A DNA stretch of 64,000 nt from Myxococcota bacterium (GCA_965140415.1 OZ223209.1:4231928-4295927); one strand, 5' to 3'. Positions 1 to 10,855 are shown, counted from the first letter of the stretch. Numbers and translations are program-made. Notes: generated by a model from the letters alone, not told the origin.

Positions 1-105
1 GAATCCCGCATCGCGCAATGCGCGTGCGACGATTTTAGCGCCCCGATCGTGACCGTCCAGACCCGGTTTTCCTACCAATACACGTACTTTCGATGCACTT
101 GCCAT
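1..105 (-). CDS. Acyl-CoA mutase small (B12-binding) subunit. Only the 5' part is present: the start codon is at 105 and the gene continues past the window start.
   Basis: Reverse complement of 1-105 translates [35 protein letters not shown], the classic cobalamin-binding domain start of methylmalonyl/isobutyryl-CoA mutase. An AAGGAGAAAA ribosome-binding site precedes the ATG. The gene lies immediately downstream of the large-subunit gene. Confidence 0.6.
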   Translation of the reverse strand, partial: MASASKVRVLVGKPGLDGHDRGAKIVARALRDAGF

Positions 106-118
106 CGGAATTTTCTCC

Positions 119-1807
119 TTAGATATAAGCCGGATCGCGGTATTCACCGAATACCGAACGGAACGCATCGCAGATTTCCTGTAATGACACGTAATCGCGA
201 ACGGCGTTGATGATGTGCGGCATGGTGTTCTCGTCGGTGGCCGCGACTTGCTTCAGCTTTTCGATATGCCGCCGCACCGTTTCCGGATCGCGTCCCTGCT
301 TGATCGATTGCAAAGCCGCCACCTGCGCACGCTCCGTCTCTTCCTCGATATACAACGTCGGAATGCCGGGGTCGTCATCCGTATTGTACTTGGTGACACC
401 CACCACTTCCTTTTCGTGCTTTTCGAGCTGTCGCTGGTATTTGAAGGCGGCATCCGCGATTTCCTGCTGCGGATAACCACGTTCGATGGCTGCGATGATG
501 CCGCCCATGTCGTCGATCTTGCGGATGTATTCCAGCGCTTCCTGCTCGATCCTGTTGGTCATGGCTTCAACCTGGTAACTTCCGCCCAATGGATCGATGC
601 TGTTGATCACGCCGGATTCTTCCGCGATGATCTGCTGGGTGCGCAAGGCAATTGTGACCGCCTCTTCGGTAGGCAGCGCCAGGGTTTCGTCTAGCGAATT
701 GGTATGCAGTGACTGCGTTCCACCCAGTACCGCCGCCAGCGCCTGCAACGTGGTACGTACTACGTTGTTATACGGCTGCTGCGCGGTCAGGCTACATCCG
801 GCGGTCTGCGTGTGGAAACGGCACATCCAGCTACGCGGATTCTTCGCGCCGAAACGCTCGCGCATCACGCGCGCCCAGATTCTGCGCGCCGCACGGAACT
901 TGGCGATCTCTTCGAAGAAATCGCTGTGAGAATTGAAGAAATACGACAGCCGCCCGGCGAAGGAATCCACATCCATTCCCGCATCGATGCAAGCCTGAAC
1001 GTAACCGATGCCGTCCGCTAAAGTAAAGGCCAGCTCCTGCGCGGCGGTGCTGCCCGCTTCGCGGATGTGGTAACCGGAAATCGAAATGGTGTTCCACAGC
1101 GGCACATTTTCGGTGCAGAAAGCGATCATGTCCGTGATCAGCCTTAACGAAGGTTTTGGCGGGAAGATCCAGGATTTCTGGGCGATGTATTCTTTTAGAA
1201 TATCGTTCTGGCTGGTTCCACCCAGTTTATTCCAGGCAATGCCCTGCTTCTCTGCAACGACTAGATACATCGACAGCAGAATGGAAGCCGGCGGATTGAT
1301 CGTCATCGAGGTCGTGATTCGATCCAACGGAATGCCGGAAAACAGAGTTTCCATATCCTGCAAGGTATCGATGGCTACACCACATTTACCGACTTCTCCC
1401 CGGCTGCGGTCGCTATCGGAATCGTAGCCCATCAAGGTGGGATAATGAAATGCCACCGACAAGCCGGTCTGTCCGTTTTTCAGCAGGTAATGATAGCGCT
1501 GGTTGGTGTCTTTTGCCGTACCGAATCCGGCGAACTGGCGCATCGTCCACAAACGCCCGCGATACATCGTCGGCTGAATGCCGCGCGTGAACGGATACTG
1601 ACCCGGCATCCCCAGATCTTTTTCGTAATCCAGCTCACCCACATCTGCAGGCGAATACACACGCTGCATCTCCACATCCGATAGCGTCGTGAACTTCTCC
1701 CGGCGTTCCGGATGCTTTTCCAGCACCTTTGCCAGTTCTTCAAGCGTCCAGCTTTCCTGCTTTGCAATGACATCTTGCAAGGCTTTGGAATCGAATAGTT
1801 TACTCAT
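119..1807 (-). CDS. B12-dependent acyl-CoA mutase large (catalytic) subunit of the methylmalonyl-CoA / isobutyryl-CoA mutase family. It lacks a fused B12-binding domain.
   Basis: The 562-aa ORF contains the mutase TIM-barrel motifs ([44 protein letters not shown]). A GAGGAAAA ribosome-binding site lies upstream. The B12-binding domain is encoded as a separate downstream gene. Confidence 0.8.
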   Translation of the reverse strand: MSKLFDSKALQDVIAKQESWTLEELAKVLEKHPERREKFTTLSDVEMQRVYSPADVGELDYEKDLGMPGQYPFTRGIQPTMYRGRLWTMRQFAGFGTAKDTNQRYHYLLKNGQTGLSVAFHYPTLMGYDSDSDRSRGEVGKCGVAIDTLQDMETLFSGIPLDRITTSMTINPPASILLSMYLVVAEKQGIAWNKLGGTSQNDILKEYIAQKSWIFPPKPSLRLITDMIAFCTENVPLWNTISISGYHIREAGSTAAQELAFTLADGIGYVQACIDAGMDVDSFAGRLSYFFNSHSDFFEEIAKFRAARRIWARVMRERFGAKNPRSWMCRFHTQTAGCSLTAQQPYNNVVRTTLQALAAVLGGTQSLHTNSLDETLALPTEEAVTIALRTQQIIAEESGVINSIDPLGGSYQVEAMTNRIEQEALEYIRKIDDMGGIIAAIERGYPQQEIADAAFKYQRQLEKHEKEVVGVTKYNTDDDPGIPTLYIEEETERAQVAALQSIKQGRDPETVRRHIEKLKQVAATDENTMPHIINAVRDYVSLQEICDAFRSVFGEYRDPAYI

Positions 1808-1825
1808 GATGTTTTCCTCATGATT

Positions 1826-2971
1826 CTAATTCTCCAGCAGGTGGCGCGCGATCACGATGCGCTGCACTTCGCTAGTACCTTCATAAATGGTCGTTACTCG
1901 ACAATCGCGGTACAGTCTTTCCACCACGTATTCTTTTACATATCCGTAGCCGCCGTGAATCTGTAGCGCTTCGGCGCAGGCTCGATTGGCTGCCTCGGTG
2001 GCGTAAACTTTCGCCATCGACGCTTCCTTGGTAAACGGCTGCCCCGTTTCCTTCAAGTACGCCGCCCGCATGATCAGCAGTCGCGCCGCTTCCAACTCGG
2101 TGGCCATATCCGCCAGTTTCCACTGGATCGCCTGAAACCCCGCAATGGGCTTTCCGAATTGCTGCCGCTCAAGCGCATAATCCCGTGCCGCCTCCAGAGC
2201 AGCCAGACCGATCCCCAATGCCTGGCTAGCCACTCCGATGCGTCCACCATCCAGTGCCATCATGGCGATGCGGAAGCCGTGGTCTTCTTCCCCCAGCAAG
2301 TGATCCGCCGGAATGCGGCAATCCTCGAACACGACTTCAAGCGTCGAAGATCCGCGCAGACCCATCTTGTCTTCTTTTTTTCCCATAATAAGACCGGGCG
2401 CACCGGCGGGAACGACGAAGGCCGTCACGCCACCGGGCGAATTCTGGGTTCGGTTGGTGCGCGCCCAGGCCACAAACACCCCGGCATGATCGGCACTGGT
2501 AATGAATTGCTTGACGCCGTTGATCACCCACTCATCGCCATCTTTTACGGCGGTGCTTTTCATGGCATTCGCATCGCTGCCGGAAGCCGGTTCCGTTAAG
2601 GCAAAAGCCCCAGCAACCGCATCACCGGAGGTGATCTGCGGAATGTATGTTTCCTTCAGCGAATCGGACCCAAAAGCTTTAATGACTTCGGCCACCATAT
2701 TGGTGACGGCCATTCCAACCGCCACCGAGGCGTCGCCCTTGGCCACTTCAGTTATCGCCAGCGAATAAGCCACTACACCGACTTCGGAGCCCCCATAGCT
2801 TTCGGGAATATTCATACCCAGCATGCCCAGTTGCGCCATGGCGCGATACTCTTCTTCCGGATACGTGCCGGTTTCATCACGCCACTTGGCTTTGGGCGCC
2901 AGTTCGCCCCTCGCGTAATCGCGAACCGCGTCCTGTATCATCTGCTGTTGCTCGCTCAATTCAAAAAGCAT
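1826..2971 (-). CDS. Acyl-CoA dehydrogenase
   Basis: ACAD family motifs are present (MLFELSEQQQMIQ start, GSDANAM, C-terminal IYEGTSEVQR). Start trimmed to the internal ATG at 2971, which has a GGAGG ribosome-binding site. The longer ORF-track N-terminus (to 3196) overlaps the neighbouring gene and is rejected. Confidence 0.8.
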   Translation of the reverse strand: MLFELSEQQQMIQDAVRDYARGELAPKAKWRDETGTYPEEEYRAMAQLGMLGMNIPESYGGSEVGVVAYSLAITEVAKGDASVAVGMAVTNMVAEVIKAFGSDSLKETYIPQITSGDAVAGAFALTEPASGSDANAMKSTAVKDGDEWVINGVKQFITSADHAGVFVAWARTNRTQNSPGGVTAFVVPAGAPGLIMGKKEDKMGLRGSSTLEVVFEDCRIPADHLLGEEDHGFRIAMMALDGGRIGVASQALGIGLAALEAARDYALERQQFGKPIAGFQAIQWKLADMATELEAARLLIMRAAYLKETGQPFTKEASMAKVYATEAANRACAEALQIHGGYGYVKEYVVERLYRDCRVTTIYEGTSEVQRIVIARHLLEN

Positions 2972-3018
2972 TACGCCTCCTTTCGGGTCCGTACAGTGAC
3001 CGATCGTGACGACGCTAG

Positions 3019-4191
3019 TTATGCTTTGTAGAGCGGGCTTTCCTGCAACACGGAATTGGCGATGACCATGCGCTGCACTTCGCTGGTGCCTTCGTAGATT
3101 TCGGTTATCTTGGCATCGCGGAAATGACGCTCGACCGGATAGTCCTTGGTGTAGCCGTAGCCACCGAATACCTGGATCGCCTTGGTGGTGACCCACATGG
3201 CGGTTTCAGCTGCAAACAGCTTGCCCATGGCCGAGGCTTTGGAAATGCGCTTGCCGGTCTTTTCCGAAATATCTTTTTCACAGGCGGCGCGATACACCAG
3301 CAGGCGGCTGGCTTCGATGCGGGTGGCCATGTCGGCCAACATCCATTGGATCGCCTGGAAAGAGCCGATCGACTTGCCGAACTGCTGGCGCTCCAGGCTG
3401 TAGTCGCGGGCGGCTTCGAAAGCGGCCTGTGCAATACCCAACGCCTGGGAGGCGATGCCGATGCGGCCACAATCAAGCGTATGCATGGCGACCTTGAATC
3501 CCTTGCCTTCTTCGCCCAGCAGGTGATTGGCCGGAACGCGCACGTCTTCAAATACCAGTTCGGTGGTGGAAGAACCGCAGATGCCCAGCTTATCCTCGAC
3601 TTTGCCGACACTGAAACCGGGAGCGTCACAGGGAACGACAAACGCCGTGATCCCGCCGTGCTTGGCTTCTTTGCTGGTGCGGAAGAAACAGACCGTCGCA
3701 TCCGCTTCGCGGCCATTGGTGATAAAGTTCTTGGTGCCGTTGAGAATATAGTGATCGCCATCCTGAATGGCAGTGGCGCGCGTGCCACCGGCGTCGGTGC
3801 CGGCGTTGGATTCGGTCAGACCGAAGCAACCCAGCTTCTGTCCGCTGGCAAACGGCTTCAGGTATTTTTCCCGGATTTCATCGGAGCCGAAATGATGCAC
3901 CGGGTCGCAGTATAGCGAATTATTCACAGACATAATCACGCCGGTGCTGGCGCAGCCGCGCGAGATTTCCTCGATGGCGATGGCATAGGCCAGGTGATCC
4001 ATTCCGGCACCACCCCATTTATCGGGAATGGCTACGCCCAACAGACCCAACTCGCCCAGTTCTTTCACGATTTCGGTTGGAAACATATGTTCGCGGTCGA
4101 TCTTTTCAGCCATCGGCTTCAGTTTGTCTTCCGCAAAACGATGGGTCATGTCCCGTATCATTTGTTGTTCTTCGGTCAACTCGAACTTCAT
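3019..4191 (-). CDS. Acyl-CoA dehydrogenase (short/medium-chain, butyryl-CoA dehydrogenase-like)
   Basis: The 390-aa ORF starts MKFELTEEQQMIRD and carries GLTESNAGTDAGG and a C-terminal EIYEGTSEVQR. It is a typical ACAD paralogous to the adjacent gene. Confidence 0.85.
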   Translation of the reverse strand: MKFELTEEQQMIRDMTHRFAEDKLKPMAEKIDREHMFPTEIVKELGELGLLGVAIPDKWGGAGMDHLAYAIAIEEISRGCASTGVIMSVNNSLYCDPVHHFGSDEIREKYLKPFASGQKLGCFGLTESNAGTDAGGTRATAIQDGDHYILNGTKNFITNGREADATVCFFRTSKEAKHGGITAFVVPCDAPGFSVGKVEDKLGICGSSTTELVFEDVRVPANHLLGEEGKGFKVAMHTLDCGRIGIASQALGIAQAAFEAARDYSLERQQFGKSIGSFQAIQWMLADMATRIEASRLLVYRAACEKDISEKTGKRISKASAMGKLFAAETAMWVTTKAIQVFGGYGYTKDYPVERHFRDAKITEIYEGTSEVQRMVIANSVLQESPLYKA

Positions 4192-4379
4192 TGCTCTTCC
4201 CTTTCGAGTCCATGCGATGCTCTGGTAAACGTCGCGTTTTTATACTCAGGTTGGTTGGTTACTCACGTTTTCAAAAAACGGGATTGCAGGTGCTCAGGTT
4301 CCCGCAATCTGGAATAACAAATCTAAAAAAGCTGCCGAGCCTGCAAAGGCAGGCTCGCAGCGGTAAAACGAAAGGAAAC

Positions 4380-5201
4380 TTATTTCCCTTTAAAGTCCGC
4401 CGGGCGTTTTTCCACGAAAGCCGTGGTCCCTTCCAGGCGATCTTCGGTTGCAAAACTTCCCAGGAACTGATCGAATTCGATCTTGTTACCTTCGTCCAGA
4501 TCCTTGTTGTAGCCATCGTTGATGGCTTTCTTGCTGGCAGCGACGGCGATCGGCGCACATGCGATGATGCGCTTGGCCAGTCCCAGCACCTTGTCCATCA
4601 GTTCTTCATGCGGGAAGACATAGCTGACCATCCCAAGTTGCAGGGCGCGCTCGGCGTCGATGATGTCGCCGGTGTAAATCAGTTCCTTGGCTAGGTTGCG
4701 ACCAATCAGGCGCGGCAGGCGCTGCGTGCCGCCAAAACCCGGAATCAGGCCCAGTTTGACTTCCGGCTGACCGAACTTGGCGCGCTCGGAAGCGTAAATG
4801 ATGTCGCAACTGATGGCCAACTCGGTACCGCCACCCAGTGCGAAACCATCCACCGCAGCGATGACCGGAATCGGTAGATCTTCCAGCATCTTCATAACTT
4901 CCTGGCCCAATCCGGCGAACGCTCCCGGCACGTCTTTGTCTTCCACGGGAATCGTGCTCATCATTTTGATGTCCGCACCTGCAACAAACGCCGCAGGCAT
5001 CGGCTTTTTACCTTCTTTGGGTTCATCTTTTGCACCGGTGATGATCAGCACGCGCATGCTCTTGTCGGCATACACCTTGCCCAGCGCATCTTTCATCTCC
5101 GTCAGCACCGCCTGATTCAGCGCATTGAGCGCGTAGGGACGGTTCACTTTCAGAATCGCGATCTGGTCATTCATTTCGAACAGTATGTTTTCGTAATTCA
5201 C
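4380..5201 (-). CDS. Enoyl-CoA hydratase (crotonase)
   Basis: Crotonase fold motifs are present (ALNALN, AAVDGFALGGGTELA). Start chosen at the GTG at 5201, which sits 5 nt after an AAAGGAGG ribosome-binding site. The ORF-track ATG at 5240 and an internal ATG at 5174 lack suitably spaced ribosome-binding sites. Confidence 0.75.
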   Translation of the reverse strand: MNYENILFEMNDQIAILKVNRPYALNALNQAVLTEMKDALGKVYADKSMRVLIITGAKDEPKEGKKPMPAAFVAGADIKMMSTIPVEDKDVPGAFAGLGQEVMKMLEDLPIPVIAAVDGFALGGGTELAISCDIIYASERAKFGQPEVKLGLIPGFGGTQRLPRLIGRNLAKELIYTGDIIDAERALQLGMVSYVFPHEELMDKVLGLAKRIIACAPIAVAASKKAINDGYNKDLDEGNKIEFDQFLGSFATEDRLEGTTAFVEKRPADFKGK

Positions 5202-5248
5202 CACAACCTCCTTTGGCGGCTCGCCCCTCTCGGCGGCCACATCTGCAA

Positions 5249-6097
5249 CTATTCGTATTTGTACACACCCTGTCCGGTCTTACGGCCTAACAGGCCCGCA
5301 TCCACATATTTCCTAAGCAACGGGCAAGGACGATATTTCGAATCGCCCAATCCGTCATGCAACACGTTCATGATCGCCAGGCAGGTATCCAAACCGACCA
5401 GATCCGCCAGAGCCAGCGGCCCCATCGGCTGATTGGTTCCCAGCTTCATTCCGGTATCGATGGCTTCCGGCGTACCGACGCCTTCCATCAAGGTATAGAA
5501 CGCCTCGTTGATCATCGGCATCAGAATGCGATTGACGATGAAACCGGGATAGTCGTTGGCCTCGGCCACGGTTTTTCCCATTTTTTCGCTGGCATCCTTG
5601 GTCGCATCATACGTCGCCTGATCGGTGGTCAGCCCTCGGATGATTTCCACCAGTTTCATCACCGGCACGGGATTCATGAAATGCATACCGATCATTTTTT
5701 CCGGGCGCTTGGTCGCGGCGGCAATCCAGGTGATGGAAATCGACGACGTATTGGTCGCCAGAATCGCCTCCGGCTTGCAGACGGCATCCAGCTTCTTGAA
5801 GATTTCGCGCTTGAGATCGGGGCGCTCCGTTGCGGCTTCCACCACCAAATCGGCGTTTTTGAAATCCTCGTAATCCACGATACCCTTGATGCGGCCCATC
5901 ACGTCCGCTTTACCCGCTTCGTCCAGTTTTCCTTTGCTCACCGCGCGGGTCAGCATCTTGTCGATGTATCCGATGCCTCCCTCTACCAATTCCTTGCTGA
6001 TGTCCAATAGTAGAACTTGGTATCCGGCCTGGGCGGCAACCTGAACGATGCCGCGCCCCATTTGCCCTGCGCCGATGACTCCGATGGTTTCGATCAT
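5249..6097 (-). CDS. hbd: 3-hydroxybutyryl-CoA dehydrogenase (NAD-dependent 3-hydroxyacyl-CoA dehydrogenase)
   Basis: Rossmann motif VIGAGQMG is present and the sequence shows conserved Hbd/FadB dehydrogenase-domain similarity throughout. An AGGAGA ribosome-binding site lies upstream. Confidence 0.85.
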   Translation of the reverse strand: MIETIGVIGAGQMGRGIVQVAAQAGYQVLLLDISKELVEGGIGYIDKMLTRAVSKGKLDEAGKADVMGRIKGIVDYEDFKNADLVVEAATERPDLKREIFKKLDAVCKPEAILATNTSSISITWIAAATKRPEKMIGMHFMNPVPVMKLVEIIRGLTTDQATYDATKDASEKMGKTVAEANDYPGFIVNRILMPMINEAFYTLMEGVGTPEAIDTGMKLGTNQPMGPLALADLVGLDTCLAIMNVLHDGLGDSKYRPCPLLRKYVDAGLLGRKTGQGVYKYE

Positions 6098-6113
6098 GAT
6101 TTTTCTCCTGTGC

Positions 6114-7295
6114 CTATACAGACTCGACGATCATGGCGTTGGCTTCACCGCCACCGATGCACAACGTCACCAGACCTCGTTTCGCACCTTTAAGCTTCAT
6201 GGCGTACAATAGAGTTACAAGCAACCGGCAACCACTCGCACCGATCGGATGACCCAAGGCTACCGCGCCACCATGAATATTGACTTTCTCTTCCGGAATG
6301 TCCATTTCGCGCATGGCGTACTTGGTCACAACGGCAAAGGCTTCGTTGATCTCGTATAGATCGATGTCACCCGCAGTCAGTTCCGCGCGTTTCAGAGCAC
6401 GTTTAACGGCGCCCACCGGTGCGATGGTGAACCATTGCGGCTCTTCCGCATTCTCACCGTAAGACACAAAGCGCGCCAGCGGTGTCAACCCACGCTCTTT
6501 GGCGGCTTCCGCAGACATCACGACCACGGCGGCAGCGCCATCGTTGATCGAAGAAGCATTGGCTGCGGTGGTCACACCATCTTTATTAAAGACCGGTCGC
6601 AGTTGCGGAATCTTGTCGAATTTCACTTTTGCCGGATTCTCATCGGTATCGACGACCGTTACGCCCTTTTTCGTTTCAATTTCCACCGGAACGATTTCTT
6701 CCTTTATTGCACCGCTTTCCTGCGCCGCCAGGGCTTTTTTAAACGAACCGGCAGCAAAGGTATCCAGTTCCTCGCGGGAAAAACCTTTTTCCTTCGCGCA
6801 CAGATCGGCAAAGCCACCCATATGCGAGTTGTTGTAGGGATCCCACAAACCATCGTTGACCATCAGATCCAGGATATCGCCTTTGGGCATGCTCATACGA
6901 TATCCGCTGCGCGCCTTGGGCAGTGCGAAGGGGGCGTTGCTCATGCTCTCCATACCACCGGCCACGATGACATCGGCATTGCCAACCTTGATCTCGTTGA
7001 TCGCCAGTTGCACGGCCTTCAAGCCCGAACCGCACACCTTGTTGATCGTCAAGCAGGGAGTAGACACCGGGAGCCCCGCCCCTATTGCTGCCTGACGCGC
7101 AGGAGCTTGTCCCTGACCACCCATCAGCACATCACCCATGATCACCTGATCGACTTCTTCGCCTTTCAAACCGGCACGCTTGAGTGCTTCGCCGATTGCG
7201 ATCGATCCCAGCTTCACAGCCTTGACCGGCGCGAGCGATCCCAAAAAGACTCCGACGGGGGTACGAACGGCACTTACGATAACGACATCTTTCAT
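6114..7295 (-). CDS. Acetyl-CoA acetyltransferase (thiolase II)
   Basis: Thiolase active-site regions are present ([12 protein letters not shown], the [11 protein letters not shown] region, C-terminal CIGGG). Start trimmed to ATG 7295 ([15 protein letters not shown]), which has an AAGGAGAAAA ribosome-binding site. Confidence 0.85.
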   Translation of the reverse strand: MKDVVIVSAVRTPVGVFLGSLAPVKAVKLGSIAIGEALKRAGLKGEEVDQVIMGDVLMGGQGQAPARQAAIGAGLPVSTPCLTINKVCGSGLKAVQLAINEIKVGNADVIVAGGMESMSNAPFALPKARSGYRMSMPKGDILDLMVNDGLWDPYNNSHMGGFADLCAKEKGFSREELDTFAAGSFKKALAAQESGAIKEEIVPVEIETKKGVTVVDTDENPAKVKFDKIPQLRPVFNKDGVTTAANASSINDGAAAVVVMSAEAAKERGLTPLARFVSYGENAEEPQWFTIAPVGAVKRALKRAELTAGDIDLYEINEAFAVVTKYAMREMDIPEEKVNIHGGAVALGHPIGASGCRLLVTLLYAMKLKGAKRGLVTLCIGGGEANAMIVESV

Positions 7296-7305
7296 GGTTT
7301 TCTCC

Positions 7306-7719
7306 TTAGTCCTGATTATCGTGATTTTCCTGACTATCCAATTTTCTGGCAATCCGGTCTTTGTAAGACGAGATTTCCTGTTTCAACTTGCTTAAATCAT
7401 GAATATTGCGGTCGATCCGCTCTGAATGAGAGTCCAACAACTCCAGCAACCGCAACAACACTTTTCCATTGGAACGGTGAATGCTGTATATTTTTCTCAA
7501 TTCCGCCATTTCTGCCAGCGACAACCCCAGAAGTTTCAAGCGTTTGATGAATTTCAAACGTCGAACGTCCTCTTCAGCGTAGAAACGTCGGTTTCCTTTA
7601 CGTTTGGGATGACCGATAAGACCGATTTCCTCGTAGTATCGAATAGTTCGCGTACTTGTCCCAACCCTCTCGGATACATCTCCAATACTAAGGTGGATTT
7701 CATCATTAGTTACAGGCAT
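7306..7719 (-). CDS. MerR-family transcriptional regulator (LiuR-like position at the head of the acyl-CoA operon)
   Basis: The N-terminal helix-turn-helix IGDVSERVGTSTRTIRYYEEIGLI is followed by a coiled-coil dimerisation region. It is the first gene of the minus-strand operon. Confidence 0.75.
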   Translation of the reverse strand: MPVTNDEIHLSIGDVSERVGTSTRTIRYYEEIGLIGHPKRKGNRRFYAEEDVRRLKFIKRLKLLGLSLAEMAELRKIYSIHRSNGKVLLRLLELLDSHSERIDRNIHDLSKLKQEISSYKDRIARKLDSQENHDNQD

Positions 7720-8102
7720 TTACAAGAACCTCTGCCAGTGAACGTTAAGTGGTGAGAAGAACGCTATCAAATGTCACTATAGCTGTCAAGAGTTTTTGCA
7801 TGTCCTAAATCGTTTTTTCATTTTCACCTTGTTTTTTGAACTCACATGAAAAGCAGCAAATCAGCAGTGGGTTTCCAGACAATCTCTATCGCTGCACTGG
7901 TTTGTTCAGTACATCACCCAGCTTTTCCCGCTTCGTTCCGCAAGCTTTCTTGATCCCTTGGGAAAAAGGTTTGACAAAAGCCACTACACCTAATATATAA
8001 TGACCTCGCCTGGAAATCAGATCACGCTTGCAAGTGGAAATAATGAGTATCGTTGGAGAAATCCAAACTCATCAGACAGATTGTCAAAGAGAGAGGTAGG
8101 GA

Positions 8103-10715
8103 ATGGCCGAGGATAAGGGAAAAAAGGAGGCTGGAGGTTTTTTTGACAACGAAGTCGAAGAGGATTACCTCTCGGAAAGCACGGTTGTCGATACGGATGT
8201 ACTGAAAAAGCTTCACGACAAATTATCGGAGGAGGAAGAAGCCCAATCTCTTTCGGATGATGCCGAGTTGCTTGAAGAAGTGGTGATTGAGAAAACCAAG
8301 GAGCCGCCACCACCACCGTTCCCGCCGCCTCCCGCTGCGGACGCCAGCGCGCCGCAGGCCGCTCCAGAGCCCCCAAAACCTCCGAAGCCAAGTATTCCTT
8401 CTGCGGTTCCCAAGAGCACGCCTTCACCGGCAAGTGGTCCGGGACCGTTGGCCTCTTCATCTCCCAGCGGCAACGATCAAAACAAAGTCGATCGCGTCCA
8501 TGAACTGTTCGAGCAAGCGGACGAATCCGACGAGCCGTCAGACGATGAAAAGACGGTCATTCTGGGTGACGATGAAATTGCCGGAATGCCCCAGCCCAAA
8601 GGCGCGAAGCTGGTGGTTACGGAAGGCCCGGAGCGCGGCAAAGAATACACCATCGAATTCAACGAAATCTTTATCGGGCGTGGCGTGGAAAACGACTTCG
8701 TTATCCCGGAGCGCTCCATTTCCCGCAAGCATTTCCGCATTCGTCGCCGTTTCGATGAATACATTATCGTGGATCTGGGCAGCGGAAACGGAACCCGTGT
8801 CAACGGCGCTCGCGTATCGGAAGCCGTGCTGAACCACAAAGACGAAATCGTTATCGGTCGCACGACTCTGCGTTTTGTCGATCTGGCCCAGGAATCCACG
8901 GATAAAGCAGCGGCACCCGTACCCGTACAACCGGAACCCAAAGCGGAAGCCGTCGCGGAACCTGTAGAACCACCGAAAGCGGAACCGAAAGCGGAAGAAC
9001 CGCCCAAGGTCGAAGAAACACCGGCAGCACCGGTTGCCGCCCAGGCGCCACCCGCACAACAACCGGTAGCGCAGCAAGCCCCTAAAGAAACTCCTCCTGC
9101 TGCTAAAACATCGAAGATCGCTGCTCAAACAGCGGCTCCGGTCGACGCCAAACCTGCACAACCCAAGCCGACTCGAGCGACACCCATCGAAGATGACCGC
9201 CCCGCTCGTCGTTCCAGTCGAGATCGTTTCGAACCGATCTCCGCGCAGCGTCCGGGTAGTCAGGCAATCAAGGAAGAGGAAAAAACCGGCGGCATGGGCG
9301 GAATCGCCATCGGCATCATACTGGTCATCATCATCGTGGCCGGATTGATCCTAGTGCGCCAGTATTCGGAACAGGAAAGCAAGCCTGTTGCCAAAGCCCC
9401 GGCCCCGGCTCCCGTTGCTCAAGCACCGGCTGCGCCGGTAGTTGAAAAACAGGAAGTCCCCTTGGAAGGTCAGGTCAAAAAGTTGATCGACCAAGGCAAC
9501 GTGCTGATGCAAAACAAGTTCTACGCCAAAGCGGTAGACAAGTTCAACGAAGCGCTGGCGCTGGATTCGGGCAACAGCCAGGCGGAAGTCGCCAAAGCAC
9601 AGGCACAACGTGAAATCGCTAATCGTGAAGCGCTGGAAGAAGGCAAAAAGCTGTTTGAAACCTCGGATTACGGCAAAGCGGCAATCCGCCTGAAAGTCAT
9701 CGGCGAAGCTAGCGTATTTTACACCGAAGCCCAGACCTATCTCAAAAAGATCGAAGACAGCAAATACGACAAGCAGGTGGAGCAAGGCAAGAAACTGCTG
9801 GATCAACGCAAATACGATCAATCTATCGCCGTTTTCGACACCGTGCTGAAAGAAAAACCGGGGCACGAAGCCGCAACCAAATTCCGCCAGATTGCCGTTC
9901 AGGAAAAAGCCGCCGCCGAGCAGGCCAAACTCGCCTCGGAACAGCAAAAGCAGGCGAGAGCCGCAGAGACGGAACAACGTCGTCAGGCGCAAGCCGAAGA
10001 GCGGAAACGCAAAGCCGAACAGGAACGTAAACAGAAACTGGAACAGGAGCGAAAACGCAAAGCGGATGCGGAACGTCAGCGTAAAGAAGAAGAAAAGAGA
10101 CGGCGTGCCGAGGAAGAAGCAAAGAAACGTCAGGTTTCTTCTACCCGTGATCTGGACAAAGGTATCGGATATTACAAAAAAGGTGACATCGAGAAATCGA
10201 TTGTCGAACTGTATGCCATCGCCAATGGCCGCGGAAATCAAAGTGTAATCAAAAAGGCCAAAACACTCGTTGCAAACATAAAGAAATTCAACGAGTTGTA
10301 CGAAGCAGGCAACAAAGCCCACAAGCAGAAGAAAGCGCAAACGGCAATCCCGAAACTGAAAAACGCCATGCGTATGGATCTGAAGATTGCCAGCGGCTCC
10401 GTGTTCGGCAACGAACTGAGCAAGAAACTTGCCGATATGTACTACCTGCTCGGTAACAGCGCCAAGAAAGACCAGAACTGGGTAAATGCTTACAAAGCCT
10501 ACTCCCGAGCGCTGAAGTTCTACTCCGGCCACGGTCCGTCTAAGGAAGGTCTTGAAGATCTTTCCAATCAGGCCCGCAAACTCTACTATGAAGGTTTCGC
10601 AATAAAAGACGTCGAACCGGAACAGGCAGAGAAGAAGTGGAAAACCGTGAAAAGTATTGTGCCGAAAAGCAATCAGTGGTACAAGAAAGCCGACCAAGGT
10701 CTGAAGGAGTTATAA
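8103..10715 (+). CDS. FHA-domain membrane protein with a Pro-rich linker, one TM helix and a long charged coiled-coil/TPR-like C-terminal region
   Basis: FHA core: GRGVENDFVIPERSISRKHFRIRRRFDEYIIVDLGSGNGTRVNG. TM helix: GIAIGIILVIIIVAGLILV. KRE-rich stretch: ERKRKAEQERKQKLEQERKRKADAERQRKEEEKRRRAEEE. Confidence 0.7.
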   Translation: MAEDKGKKEAGGFFDNEVEEDYLSESTVVDTDVLKKLHDKLSEEEEAQSLSDDAELLEEVVIEKTKEPPPPPFPPPPAADASAPQAAPEPPKPPKPSIPSAVPKSTPSPASGPGPLASSSPSGNDQNKVDRVHELFEQADESDEPSDDEKTVILGDDEIAGMPQPKGAKLVVTEGPERGKEYTIEFNEIFIGRGVENDFVIPERSISRKHFRIRRRFDEYIIVDLGSGNGTRVNGARVSEAVLNHKDEIVIGRTTLRFVDLAQESTDKAAAPVPVQPEPKAEAVAEPVEPPKAEPKAEEPPKVEETPAAPVAAQAPPAQQPVAQQAPKETPPAAKTSKIAAQTAAPVDAKPAQPKPTRATPIEDDRPARRSSRDRFEPISAQRPGSQAIKEEEKTGGMGGIAIGIILVIIIVAGLILVRQYSEQESKPVAKAPAPAPVAQAPAAPVVEKQEVPLEGQVKKLIDQGNVLMQNKFYAKAVDKFNEALALDSGNSQAEVAKAQAQREIANREALEEGKKLFETSDYGKAAIRLKVIGEASVFYTEAQTYLKKIEDSKYDKQVEQGKKLLDQRKYDQSIAVFDTVLKEKPGHEAATKFRQIAVQEKAAAEQAKLASEQQKQARAAETEQRRQAQAEERKRKAEQERKQKLEQERKRKADAERQRKEEEKRRRAEEEAKKRQVSSTRDLDKGIGYYKKGDIEKSIVELYAIANGRGNQSVIKKAKTLVANIKKFNELYEAGNKAHKQKKAQTAIPKLKNAMRMDLKIASGSVFGNELSKKLADMYYLLGNSAKKDQNWVNAYKAYSRALKFYSGHGPSKEGLEDLSNQARKLYYEGFAIKDVEPEQAEKKWKTVKSIVPKSNQWYKKADQGLKEL

Positions 10716-10855
10716 GCCTTCCTCGCCTGGAGGAAGCCACAACTCCAGGTGATGATTACATGCAAAACGAGTGGCGAAAATAACCGATCGATCTTCTAGT
10801 GCCGGGTGGGCATTGTCCGCCCGGCATTTTCATGTTCAGTCCAAGGAGTTGCGGA

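Noticed and set aside
3105-3915. Long ORFs (227 aa minus, 263 aa plus) overlapping the acyl-CoA dehydrogenase gene
   Set aside because: They are alternate or antisense frames of a high-GC gene, with Arg/Ala/Pro-rich junk composition. The ACAD frame has clear family motifs.
5174-5240. Alternative starts for the crotonase gene (ATG 5240 from the ORF track, internal ATG 5174)
   Set aside because: Neither has a properly spaced ribosome-binding site. The GTG at 5201 sits 5 nt after AAAGGAGG and gives a typical crotonase N-terminus.
9351-10697. 448-aa minus-strand ORF antisense to the FHA protein
   Set aside because: Low-complexity Phe/Leu-rich translation of the antisense of a Lys/Glu-rich coding region. 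No ribosome-binding site.
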